The position numbers were made by a program, and so were the translations under genes. Shown piece by piece: positions 9,440 to 17,912 of a stretch of DNA of 64,000 nt. Location: NCBI GenBank assembly GCA_051155755.1, contig DAXETY010000002.1, positions 26,860 to 90,859 of the forward strand, written 5' to 3'. The notes under the pieces were generated by a model. That model saw only the letters and a list, made by a program, of their open reading frames with translations. It made no database searches and was not told the DNA's origin. The stretch's first letter is position 1; each line of letters opens with the position of its first letter. Origin of the DNA: Desulfobacterales bacterium. GTDB taxonomy: Bacteria; Desulfobacterota; Desulfobacteria; Desulfobacterales; SG8-13.

Positions 9440-9518
9440 GCGTTTCAAATTTTCCAAAATAATTTTTTATATTTATTCAAAGGATTTATATCGATTTCAA
9501 ATTTGAAAATTTGAAACC
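9440..9518. promoter_or_regulatory. AT-rich block with TTCAAA/TTTGAA palindromes
   Basis: Perfect 14-bp palindrome TTTCAAATTTGAAA at 9495..9508, followed by a second TTTGAAA. GCGTTTCAAATTTTCCAAAATAA at 9440..9462 resembles 62095..62117. Confidence 0.3.
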
Positions 9519-9524
9519 CTGCGG

Positions 9525-9624
9525 GATTGCCGATCTTACCGCATCTACTGCGTCAGAAGCCGCTCCGCATAGTACACTATAGCGGAACGACTTCTTCCTT
9601 GTATCTGCGGCAACCTCGACAATC
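9525..9624 (+). other. 100-nt extended imperfect hairpin (candidate structured RNA or DNA element)
   Basis: The outer arms 9525..9548 and 9601..9624 pair at 17 of 24 positions. Inner stems are CAGAAG/CTTCTT and CCGCT/AGCGG. An intrinsic terminator follows 27 nt later. Confidence 0.35.
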
Positions 9625-9650
9625 GCTCAGTTTCGGTGCAAGAAAAAAAA

Positions 9651-9686
9651 GGGGCTCCCGACGGCAGGGGGCCCCTTTTGTTTTTT
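9651..9686. terminator. bidirectional rho-independent terminator
   Basis: GGGGCTCCC-gacggca-GGGGGCCCC stem, flanked by A8 (9643..9650) and TTTTGTTTTTT (9676..9686). Sits 18 nt downstream of the dsrP stop on the minus strand. Confidence 0.75.
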
Positions 9687-9703
9687 AGGCTGTGTCCCCG
9701 GCT

Positions 9704-10867
9704 TCAGGCCCGGTTTTCCTCCTTGACCGAGACGGCGATCTTGAGCAGCAGCGTGAGCACGAAAAATCCCAGGGCCCAGATCGCAAGGGAGATCACCAAC
9801 TCGGGGATGGTGGGAATGTATTCGTTCACATGATGCAGGGGGTTGGGAACGAATCCGCCCGAAATCATCCCCAAGCCCTTGTCGATCCAGGTGCCGGCGA
9901 AAACCACCACGCAGGCCACCGCCAGCGTGCCTTCGTTTTTGCGGGTTACCGGATTGACCAGCAGGATGATGCCCAGCACCATCAGGGCCATCGCCGACCA
10001 CATCCAGGGCACGTAGGTTCCGTGGCCGTGCAGACCGAAAAACAGGTACTTGAAATGATCCATGTGTTCCGGAATCTGGCTGTAGAAGACCGTAAACACC
10101 TCGCACAATAGAAAAAACACGTTCAGGCAAATGGCATAGGCCACGGTTTTGGCCAGGGTTTGGATCTGCGCCCGGCCCGGATCGAAATTGGTGGTCTTGC
10201 GAATGATCAGGCACAGCAGGATCAGCAGCGCCGGTCCGGCGGCGAAGGCCGAAGAAAGAAAGCGCGGGGCCATGATGGCCGTCATCCAGAATCCCCGTCC
10301 CGGCAAGCCCGAGTAGAGGTAGGCGGTGACCGTGTGAATACTGATGGCCCACGGGATCGACAGATAGATGAAAGGCTTGAGCCAGGCCTGGTAGTGGACG
10401 CCGTTGCGCTCGGCCTCCAGCACGTTCCAGCCGACGATAATGTTTAGAAACAGGTACCCGTTGAGCACGATGGTGTCCCAGAACAGCACCGAATGCAGCG
10501 TGGGGTAGAGCCACACGTTGAAAATCCGCATGGGCTGGCCGAGGTCCACGATAATGAAGGTCAGGCACATCACCAGCGCCGCAATGGCCAGGAATTCGCC
10601 CAGAATGGTGATGCGGCCGTAGGCCTTGTAGTCGTGCAGGTAGTAGGGCAGCACCACCATCACGCCTCCGGCGGCCACACCCACCAGAAAGGTGAACTGG
10701 GCGATGTAGAATCCCCAGGAAACGTCCCGGCTCATTCCGGTGAGGCCGAGACCGAAGTCCAGCTGCTGGAGGTAGGTGATAAAGCCGACACCGACAATGG
10801 CCAGCAACAACCCCAGCCAGCCGTAATATCTTTTGCTTCCTCGAATCGCTAATTCAAGCATGACCAC
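9704..10867 (-). CDS. dsrP: DsrP, NrfD/PsrC-family integral membrane subunit of DsrMKJOP
   Basis: 387 aa polytopic membrane protein. Last gene of the M-K-J-O-P order. Confidence 0.85.
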   Translation of the reverse strand: MVMLELAIRGSKRYYGWLGLLLAIVGVGFITYLQQLDFGLGLTGMSRDVSWGFYIAQFTFLVGVAAGGVMVVLPYYLHDYKAYGRITILGEFLAIAALVMCLTFIIVDLGQPMRIFNVWLYPTLHSVLFWDTIVLNGYLFLNIIVGWNVLEAERNGVHYQAWLKPFIYLSIPWAISIHTVTAYLYSGLPGRGFWMTAIMAPRFLSSAFAAGPALLILLCLIIRKTTNFDPGRAQIQTLAKTVAYAICLNVFFLLCEVFTVFYSQIPEHMDHFKYLFFGLHGHGTYVPWMWSAMALMVLGIILLVNPVTRKNEGTLAVACVVVFAGTWIDKGLGMISGGFVPNPLHHVNEYIPTIPELVISLAIWALGFFVLTLLLKIAVSVKEENRA

Positions 10868-10868
10868 C

Positions 10869-11666
10869 TCACACGATGTAGTAGACCGCCGGCTCGGTAC
10901 CCAGAGCCTGCTTGCGTCGAATGGTAAAGTTGGTGCGAATCAATTCGCGGACCTCCGACTCGGGGTCGTAGAGGTCTCCGACGGTGAGCTTGCCCTCGGA
11001 AACCTCGACGCAGGCCGGCATCTGGCCGACGGCCAGGCGTTCCGCACAGAAATTGCATTTTTCGACCACGCCCTTCATCCGGGTGGGAAATTTTTTGTTG
11101 GTTTCGGCGATAAACGGGCGCGGGTCGCGGTAATTAAAGCTGCGGGCGCCGAAGGGGCAGGCCGCCATGCAGAAACGGCAGCCGATGCAGCGGTGAAAAT
11201 CCATGAACACGATGCCGTCGCTTGCGCGCTTGAAGGTGGCCTGGGTCGGACAGGCCCGCACGCAGGGCGGATTTTCACAGTGGTTGCAGAGCACCAGAAA
11301 CGGCTTGTGCTCCACTGCTTCCGACAGGAACTGCGCGTTTTTCGTTGGAAAAACGTTGTGGTAGTTGTCCGTCCAGAGCCACATGATCTCCTGTCGTTCG
11401 ATCGGCAACTCGGGCACGTTGTGGACCCTGTGGCAGGCTTCGATCAGCGGTTCAAAATCGGAGCGGGAATGAAACTTGCGCGTGTCGATGACCATCGCCC
11501 ATTGCCGGGCCGTCAGGGCCTGGTCGCCGTGCTTGATGACCGGTTGCGCTTCGGCACCGTGTCCGGCTTGCTCGGCGGCGAACGCGTTCCACACCGGCCG
11601 CGTGCTAAACGCCAGCGCGGATATGCCGAACAGTTTCAAAATATTCCTTCGACTGCTATCCATCAC
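10869..11666 (-). CDS. dsrO: DsrO, periplasmic 4Fe-4S ferredoxin-like subunit
   Basis: Twin-arginine signal SRRNILKLFGISALAF. Cys clusters CNHCENPPCVRACP, CIGCRFCMAACP and CNFCAERL. Confidence 0.85.
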   Translation of the reverse strand: MMDSSRRNILKLFGISALAFSTRPVWNAFAAEQAGHGAEAQPVIKHGDQALTARQWAMVIDTRKFHSRSDFEPLIEACHRVHNVPELPIERQEIMWLWTDNYHNVFPTKNAQFLSEAVEHKPFLVLCNHCENPPCVRACPTQATFKRASDGIVFMDFHRCIGCRFCMAACPFGARSFNYRDPRPFIAETNKKFPTRMKGVVEKCNFCAERLAVGQMPACVEVSEGKLTVGDLYDPESEVRELIRTNFTIRRKQALGTEPAVYYIV

Positions 11667-12052
11667 TTGGTCTCCTTCGGGTTATCGATGTGACAATCCC
11701 AGCAGTACGGTCTTACGGATGCATAGTCGTGACATCGGTCGCAGAACTCGGCCTTGTTGGAGTGGCAGTCCAGACAGGTGTTGGAAAGACTCATGTTGTA
11801 CTCTTTCCCGTCCGGGCTGACGTAAATCCGCTCGGCGTTGCGCACCACCGCATGCCGCCAGACATCCAGGAGCTGCATGTGGTTGGCCTGCATGTACTCG
11901 GTGGATCTAACGCACACCTTGGCTCGCTTGGCCTGTTCGGTCAGCACCACTTCCGGTGCCGGTGCGGCTTTGCCCCGGTTGTACCAGAACGGCAACGTCA
12001 CGATGACCAGAAAAATCGCGATTCCCAGATACAGAAGTTTTTTGTTACTCAT
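11663..12052 (-). CDS. dsrJ: DsrJ, triheme cytochrome c
   Basis: N-terminal TM/signal segment and three CxxCH motifs (CLDCH, CDRCH, CWDCH). 129 aa. Confidence 0.85.
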   Translation of the reverse strand: MSNKKLLYLGIAIFLVIVTLPFWYNRGKAAPAPEVVLTEQAKRAKVCVRSTEYMQANHMQLLDVWRHAVVRNAERIYVSPDGKEYNMSLSNTCLDCHSNKAEFCDRCHDYASVRPYCWDCHIDNPKETK

Positions 12053-13697
12053 CGGATTCGTCCTCCGTTTCCGGCGCGGTCCCCTGCAACTCTTCGAACT
12101 CCTCGCTGCGCAGGTTCATGGCCCGCTCGCCCTGCCCCGGCAGGTTCAGCGCGTTGGCCACCATTTCATGCACGCCGGTGACATCCACGTCACCGACCCA
12201 GTAATCCATCAGGTCCGGCAGCACGGCCCGGTCGATGGCACAGATGGTCGCCAGCATGTTCACCCCATGCTTGTCTTTGACGTACTTGACGGCGTTGGCT
12301 CGGGGCAGGCCGCCAGCCATGCGCAACTCCATGTCCTCGCCGGCATTCAGGCCGGATCCGCTGCCGCAACAGAAGGTCTGCTCCCGGATGGTATTGGCGG
12401 GCATGTCGTAAAAATTGCGGCACACGCTGTTGATCACGTAACGGGGTTCATCGAAAAGCCCCATTCCCCGGGCAGGATTGCAGGAGTCGTGAAAGGTGAC
12501 CTTCAGGTGGTCGTTGCGGCTCGGGTCCAGATCCAGTTTGCCATGCTTGATCAGGTCGGCGGTAAATTCGGTAATGTGCACCATTTTGGTGGACCGGGCG
12601 TTTTCGAACTTCGTGCCGGTAATCGGGTTGACCGGTACTTCGAGAAAATCCGCCGGGCCGTTCATGGTGTCCATGTACTGGTTGATCACCCGCCACATGT
12701 GACCGCACTCGCCGCCCAGGATCCATTTTACCCCCAGCCGCTTGGCCTCGGCGTACATCTTGGCGTTGAGCCGTTTCATGGTTTCGTGCGAGGTGAAAAA
12801 CCCGAAGTTGCCGCCTTCCGAGGCGTAGGTGCTCCAGGTGATGTCGAAACCGTATTTTTCTTTCAGGAAATGAAACAGGATCATGTAGCCCATGCAAGTG
12901 TAGGTACCCGGGTCGGCGAACACGTCTCCGGAGGGCGTAATAAAAAGGATGTCGGCGCCCTTCTTGTTGAACTCGGGGGTGACCCGCACACCGGTGACCT
13001 CCTCGATGTCGTCGACGAAAAAGTCGAGCATGTCCTTGTAAGCATGGGGCTGGATGCCGAGGTGGTTGCCGGTGCGGTAGCAGTTGGCCACCGGGGTGGC
13101 GATCCAGTCGATGTTGAGGCCCAGCAGGTTCAACAGCTCGCGGCCCATGATGGTGATCTCGGCGGTATCGATCCCGTAGGGGCAGTACAGCGAACAGCGC
13201 CGGCACTCGGAGCACTGGAACATATACGACCACCACTCCTTGAGCACGTTTTCGGTCATCGGACGCGATCCGTTCAGTTTGCCCAGGATGCGGCCGGCCC
13301 TGGAAAAATCATTGCGGTAAACCGAGCGCAGCAGCTCGGCCCGCAGCACCGGCATGTTCTTGGGGTCGCCGGTGCCGATGAAGTAATGGCACTTGTCGGC
13401 ACAGGCCCCGCAGCGCACGCAGATGTCCATGAAGATTTTAAAGGTTCGAAATTTTTCCAGCCGCTCCCGGAAGCCTTCGTGGATGATCTGCTGCCAGTTG
13501 TCGGGCAGCTGCCAGTCGTCGTCGAAGCAGCTCCACTGACGGGGGTTGGGCATACTCAGGTATTCCAGGCTCTTCGGGTTGGCCGCATAGCAGGCAATGC
13601 CCTTGCGGATCTCGGCTGGCACGTCCATCCAGTCTTTCGATGGAGGACTGTGTTCGATGTTTGTGAGATAATCGGTTGCAGTGGGAAGATCGGACAT
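12045..13697 (-). CDS. dsrK: DsrK, HdrD-like iron-sulfur subunit
   Basis: CVRCGACADKC and CSECRRCSLYCP ferredoxin motifs, plus CCG-domain signatures (FCCGSGSG). Confidence 0.9.
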   Translation of the reverse strand: MSDLPTATDYLTNIEHSPPSKDWMDVPAEIRKGIACYAANPKSLEYLSMPNPRQWSCFDDDWQLPDNWQQIIHEGFRERLEKFRTFKIFMDICVRCGACADKCHYFIGTGDPKNMPVLRAELLRSVYRNDFSRAGRILGKLNGSRPMTENVLKEWWSYMFQCSECRRCSLYCPYGIDTAEITIMGRELLNLLGLNIDWIATPVANCYRTGNHLGIQPHAYKDMLDFFVDDIEEVTGVRVTPEFNKKGADILFITPSGDVFADPGTYTCMGYMILFHFLKEKYGFDITWSTYASEGGNFGFFTSHETMKRLNAKMYAEAKRLGVKWILGGECGHMWRVINQYMDTMNGPADFLEVPVNPITGTKFENARSTKMVHITEFTADLIKHGKLDLDPSRNDHLKVTFHDSCNPARGMGLFDEPRYVINSVCRNFYDMPANTIREQTFCCGSGSGLNAGEDMELRMAGGLPRANAVKYVKDKHGVNMLATICAIDRAVLPDLMDYWVGDVDVTGVHEMVANALNLPGQGERAMNLRSEEFEELQGTAPETEDESDE

Positions 13698-13700
13698 TGA

Positions 13701-14786
13701 TTACTCCTTTTCCTCTGGTTCGGCTTCAGATTCTTCTTCACCTTCTTCCGGTGCGGCTTCCGGCATTTTTTCCACCGGCAGTCCGGCCTCCACCATCTTT
13801 TCTCTAAATTCATCCTCGTATTCGGCGTAGGTGTGCACCTCGACGGGATAGTTCCAAGGATTGACGTGCCGGCGGGCGCGCGTGTCGGCGGTGAGATTGC
13901 GGGTCGGGCTCATGAACACACCGCCCAGGTGCATCAATTTGCTGAAGGGAAAATAGGCCAGCAGGATGCTGACGAAAAACAGGTGAACGAAAAAGATCGC
14001 ACTCACATTGGCGGGCATCACGGGCCGAAAGGTCACCAAACCCATGCTCAGTTCTTTGGCGGCGGTCACGTCGATCTTGATGAAATACCGCATCAGAATT
14101 CCGGTAAAGGCGATTCCGAAGATCAGGATCAGGGGGAAATAGTCCGAAGCCAGAGAGATGTATTTCACGTTGGGGCCGAAAATCCGGCGCAGAAACAAAA
14201 AGGTGACGGCCGCCAACAGCACCAGCCCGGAGAGATAGACCCCGGGCAGCCCGATCATCACCGATTCATACAGGACTTCGAGGCGAAAAAAACTGTCGAC
14301 GTTTTCCACCAGCTGCACCGGCAGTGGCACCGGCTCGGTGAAAAAACGCAGGTGCCGAAACAGCACCGTGAAAAAAGCGTAGTGAAAGGCCAGGGCAAAC
14401 ACCCACAGGAAAAGCTCCAGCTTGTAGGAAATCCGGCCCTCCCGGAGCTTCATGCGCGTATTGCGAAAAAGCGAGCGAAACGCCACCACTTCCAGCAGCA
14501 TCCGCATGAAGACCCCACCCTTGGAGAAGGGATTGTCCCACTTGTTGGCCTTGATCCAGGGAAGCGACTGCTGTTGGCCGCCCGTGGTGGGGATGCGATA
14601 CGGCACCGGCACTTTCGACCACTGCAGGATTTTATAAACAAATCCCACAACGAAAGTAATCAGGGCCGCATAGGGGATGATCACCCCGAACAGCCATTTG
14701 AGCCCCGGAGCCGCTTCCACCCCCGCAAAGGCCAGCAGAAATAATACAATGACCGCGATGAGGGAAAACATGTACCTTCTGTTCAT
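13701..14786 (-). CDS. dsrM: DsrM, NarI-like membrane cytochrome b subunit
   Basis: Polytopic membrane protein. ATG at 14786 has GAGGAG 6 nt upstream. Acidic C-terminal tail. Confidence 0.85.
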   Translation of the reverse strand: MNRRYMFSLIAVIVLFLLAFAGVEAAPGLKWLFGVIIPYAALITFVVGFVYKILQWSKVPVPYRIPTTGGQQQSLPWIKANKWDNPFSKGGVFMRMLLEVVAFRSLFRNTRMKLREGRISYKLELFLWVFALAFHYAFFTVLFRHLRFFTEPVPLPVQLVENVDSFFRLEVLYESVMIGLPGVYLSGLVLLAAVTFLFLRRIFGPNVKYISLASDYFPLILIFGIAFTGILMRYFIKIDVTAAKELSMGLVTFRPVMPANVSAIFFVHLFFVSILLAYFPFSKLMHLGGVFMSPTRNLTADTRARRHVNPWNYPVEVHTYAEYEDEFREKMVEAGLPVEKMPEAAPEEGEEESEAEPEEKE

Positions 14787-14888
14787 TGAAACGCTCCTCG
14801 TCTCCAGTTTGCGCATCGGCGGGACCCGTTAATGCGCGTGAAATAGGTTGAACCGTTGCGGTATAAGAAAAAAACGGCATTCTTCGCA

Positions 14889-15416
14889 TCAGGGTTCCGA
14901 TTCGTCCTCGGGCGCCTCCTCAATCAGACCCGCTCGCTGGAACGCCCGGCGGATTCCCTTTCTTTCGAAATTGGTTTTCAGATCGTAGAGTTTCTCACGA
15001 CATTCCATGTAGATATCGAAGGCAAACAGACTCATCGAATCAACGCGGTCTTCAAATTGCCGCAGCTCCAGCGCCGTCTGTGAATCGCGCAGTTCGCGTC
15101 TCAGATGGGAGCGAACCACGGGCTTCAAGGCGAGCACGAAAGCGGTGGCCTGAGAGGGGGAGAATTTCTGCACGGCTCGAATCCGGACGATCGGATCGAG
15201 GTGGGTGCGGACAGCTTCTTTTTCGGGACCCCCGACCAGCTGGTCGTAGAGTCCATTCAAGCCGCTGTGCAGGGCGCCGCCGACGGGGTTGCTGAATGGA
15301 TCCAGATTGCCCTTGAGGAATTTGGCGGTGTCGGGGGCATAGGTGTTTACCACCATGTCAAGCCAGTCTTTGACGATGGCGCGCTTTTTCTTTGCCAGCA
15401 GCGCTTCAATCCCCAT
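14889..15416 (-). CDS. RsbRD N-terminal-domain-like protein
   Basis: MGIEALLAKKKRAIVKDWLDMVVNTYAPDTAKFL resembles RsbRD_N family starts as I recall them. The start is ambiguous (15416, 15473 or 15488). Confidence 0.55.
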   Translation of the reverse strand: MGIEALLAKKKRAIVKDWLDMVVNTYAPDTAKFLKGNLDPFSNPVGGALHSGLNGLYDQLVGGPEKEAVRTHLDPIVRIRAVQKFSPSQATAFVLALKPVVRSHLRRELRDSQTALELRQFEDRVDSMSLFAFDIYMECREKLYDLKTNFERKGIRRAFQRAGLIEEAPEDESEP

Positions 15417-15888
15417 GGGTTTTCGAGTTTCTGCCACCGTGGTCCATCGTTTGTGAGAGTGGTCTGAATTCATACGGATTTCAAACATATCCCGACTTCA
15501 CCAAGGTGAAGGCTATAAACGACTTGCCTTTTCCTGTCAAGGATAATCGACAGCCGAAACCCCGGGTTCAGAGGGGGTGACGACCGCCGGCTTGAATTGT
15601 TTTTTATCATATTTTCAATATCTTAAAAAACACATAGCCGCCGGCTACGATGCCGGCAACGCGCCGGCACCCGCGAGGTCTGCCGGTGCATTTTTGCTTG
15701 GTATTCCAGCCGGAAAACGTTACAATAAACATACAATGTATGGTCAAATAGCGGCGGATCCGGCTGGGGTTCCGCCGCTCGCACGACGGCCCTTTGTCGT
15801 TGCACGCGGTGTTGCAAATGCAACCTCGTAAACCCGATCCCGACACCGGACGTCTGAACCGACAGCACCGACTTGCAGGAGAATATCG

Positions 15889-16503
15889 ATGGCCATCGCT
15901 CGAAAAATCGCCGCAGGTGCATTGATTTTCTGGGCACTTGTGCTGTGTGCCTGCAGTTCCGCACCGCAGGTGGATCGCCGCAATGTATCCGAAACCATCG
16001 ACCTCAGCGGTCGATGGAACGATGCCGATTCCCGCATGGTCTCCGAGACGATGATCGCCGATTGTCTGGACCGGCCATGGCTGGAAGTCCACCGCGATGC
16101 CAGCGCCGGACGCGCGCCCACGATCATTGTCGGCCGGGTGCGCAATCGCAGCCACGAACACATCAATGTTCAGACGTTTATCAAAGACCTGGAACGGGCG
16201 ATGATCAATTCCGGGCAGGTGCAATTTGTAGCCTCGGCCGAAGAACGGATCGGTATCCGGGACGAACGCATCGACATGGCCGCCAATGCTTCGGAAGAAA
16301 CCATGAAGGGCCCGGGCCGCGAGATCGGTGCCGACTACATGTTGATCGGCTCCATCCAGAGCATTCGGGATGAGATTCCGGGCAAGGCCCTGATGTATTA
16401 CCAGGTGAACCTGGAGTTGATCGACTTGGAATCCAATCGAAAAGTCTGGATCGGTCAAAAAGAGATCAAAAAACTGATCGAAAGGCCCGAAGTTCGTTGG
16501 TAG
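15889..16503 (+). CDS. LpoB-like (COG3417) outer-membrane lipoprotein
   Basis: AGGAGA RBS. Lipobox LCAC. The domain pattern RWNDAD...IIVGRVRNRS...GADYMLIGSI...LELIDLESNRKVW parallels E. coli LpoB. Confidence 0.7.
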   Translation: MAIARKIAAGALIFWALVLCACSSAPQVDRRNVSETIDLSGRWNDADSRMVSETMIADCLDRPWLEVHRDASAGRAPTIIVGRVRNRSHEHINVQTFIKDLERAMINSGQVQFVASAEERIGIRDERIDMAANASEETMKGPGREIGADYMLIGSIQSIRDEIPGKALMYYQVNLELIDLESNRKVWIGQKEIKKLIERPEVRW

Positions 16504-16553
16504 GCGGGCGATCTGCCACCGAAACGGCCGTGCGAACGACGGGGAATGAAACT

Positions 16554-17912
16554 TTGCCGCAGCCGCTGAATGCCACCGCCCGATTGTTGCCGGCCATGTT
16601 GCTGGGGGTCGTCTTGACACTGTTGTTGAGTGCCTGTGGCTCCCGGCTCGATCATTACGTCCGCCTCGATCGCCAGATGTACAGGGGGGATTTCGATTCG
16701 GCCCTGTCGACGCTGCGGGACAACCAAACCCATTACGCCTCCGGCGACGCCGCGCTGTATTACATGGAAGAAGGCCTGCTGTCCCATTATGCCGGGCGCT
16801 ACGAAGAGAGCAGTTGGAGCCTGTTGCAGGCCGAAGCGATGCTGGACGATCTTTACACGCGCTCGGTGTCCCGCCAGACCGCCTCGTTTTGGATCAACGA
16901 TACCACGGTGCCTTACCGGGGCGAAAATTTCGAAGACGCCCTGGTGAACCTTTTCCTGGCGATGAATTACGCCAGCCTGGGCCTGCATGACGATGCCCTG
17001 GTGGAAGCCCGGCGGGTGGACAGCGAACTGGCGCAGTTCCAGTATCCGCAGACAGCCGAGCCGCAGGACGCATTCGTTCGTTTCATCATGGGCGTGCTCT
17101 ACGAAGCCGACGGCGAACTCAACGATGCGTTCATCGCGTTTCGCAATTCGGAACGAATCTACCGCACGAAATACCTGCCTTCCTACGGGATCGCAACGCC
17201 GGCGGTGCTGCTGGAAAAGCTGCTCTGTGCGGCGACACAGCTCGGATTCCAGTCCGAAATGGACCAAATCCTGCAGTACTATCCCGGTTTCCGGCCGCGT
17301 GTGGCGGCGGCACCGTTGCGATCGGCGGAAATTTTCCTGCTGCACTACAACGGCCCGGGGCCCGAAAAAGTCGAAACCTTTTGGACGGTGCCCATGCCGG
17401 ACGGATACGTCGCCAAAATTGCGTATCCGCAGTTTCGGGTTCGGGATTACGCCATCGACCGCAGTCGGGTGCGGATTCGGGATCGTGAAAGCGGGCGGCG
17501 ATACGATTTCGAAACCGAGCCGATGGAGCCGGTCGGCGCGATCGCGGCGGCGAACCTGGAACACCGGATCGAACAAACCAAGAGCAAGGCCGTGGCCCGC
17601 GCCACCGTCAAATATCTGACCACCAAAGCCGCCGCTGAAGCCGTCGGCCGAGAAGCCGGCGATTCCGCCGGCGCCCTGATCCAGCTCTTCGGCAATCTGC
17701 TGGGTCTGGTCACCGAAAACGCCGATATTCGGCATTGGCGGCTGCTGCCGGACGAAATTCGCCTGGGCCGCGTGCAGGTGCCCGCCGGAGGTTACGAGGG
17801 CGAAATCGCATTCGTCGATGCCCACGGCACCACGGTGCTGTCGGAAACGATGCCGCCGTTTCAGGTCGCCGCGGGTGAGAAAAAATTCATTCTGAGGCGA
17901 ACGCTGCAATGA
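16554..17912 (+). CDS. COG3014-like TPR-containing lipoprotein
   Basis: TTG at 16554 (alternative ATG at 16596). Signal peptide with lipobox LLSAC. N-terminal TPR-like helices and a long C-terminal domain. Family assigned from memory only. Confidence 0.55.
   Translation: MPQPLNATARLLPAMLLGVVLTLLLSACGSRLDHYVRLDRQMYRGDFDSALSTLRDNQTHYASGDAALYYMEEGLLSHYAGRYEESSWSLLQAEAMLDDLYTRSVSRQTASFWINDTTVPYRGENFEDALVNLFLAMNYASLGLHDDALVEARRVDSELAQFQYPQTAEPQDAFVRFIMGVLYEADGELNDAFIAFRNSERIYRTKYLPSYGIATPAVLLEKLLCAATQLGFQSEMDQILQYYPGFRPRVAAAPLRSAEIFLLHYNGPGPEKVETFWTVPMPDGYVAKIAYPQFRVRDYAIDRSRVRIRDRESGRRYDFETEPMEPVGAIAAANLEHRIEQTKSKAVARATVKYLTTKAAAEAVGREAGDSAGALIQLFGNLLGLVTENADIRHWRLLPDEIRLGRVQVPAGGYEGEIAFVDAHGTTVLSETMPPFQVAAGEKKFILRRTLQ

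Noticed and set aside
11838-13700. Very long ORFs antisense to well-supported genes. Examples: 11838..13700 (+), 1148..2278 (+), 5866..7041 (+), 16455..17909 (-), 39888..41177 (-), 51823..53484 (-), 59831..61888 (-), 62277..63662 (-).
   Set aside because: They are typical shadow ORFs of GC-rich DNA. Their translations are low-complexity (rich in R, G, P, H, A) and carry no recognisable motifs. The opposite strand encodes proteins with clear family signatures.
9704-14786. Looked for in-frame TGA (selenocysteine) or frameshift interruptions in the redox genes and elsewhere.
   Set aside because: All supported genes are single uninterrupted ORFs. I found no split ORF pair whose halves match one family.
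15685-15698. Sigma54-like GG-N-GC element (GGTGCATTTTTGCT) upstream of the lipoprotein operon.
   Set aside because: The GG-to-GC spacing is one nucleotide short of the TGGCAC-N5-TTGC consensus, and the flanks do not match.
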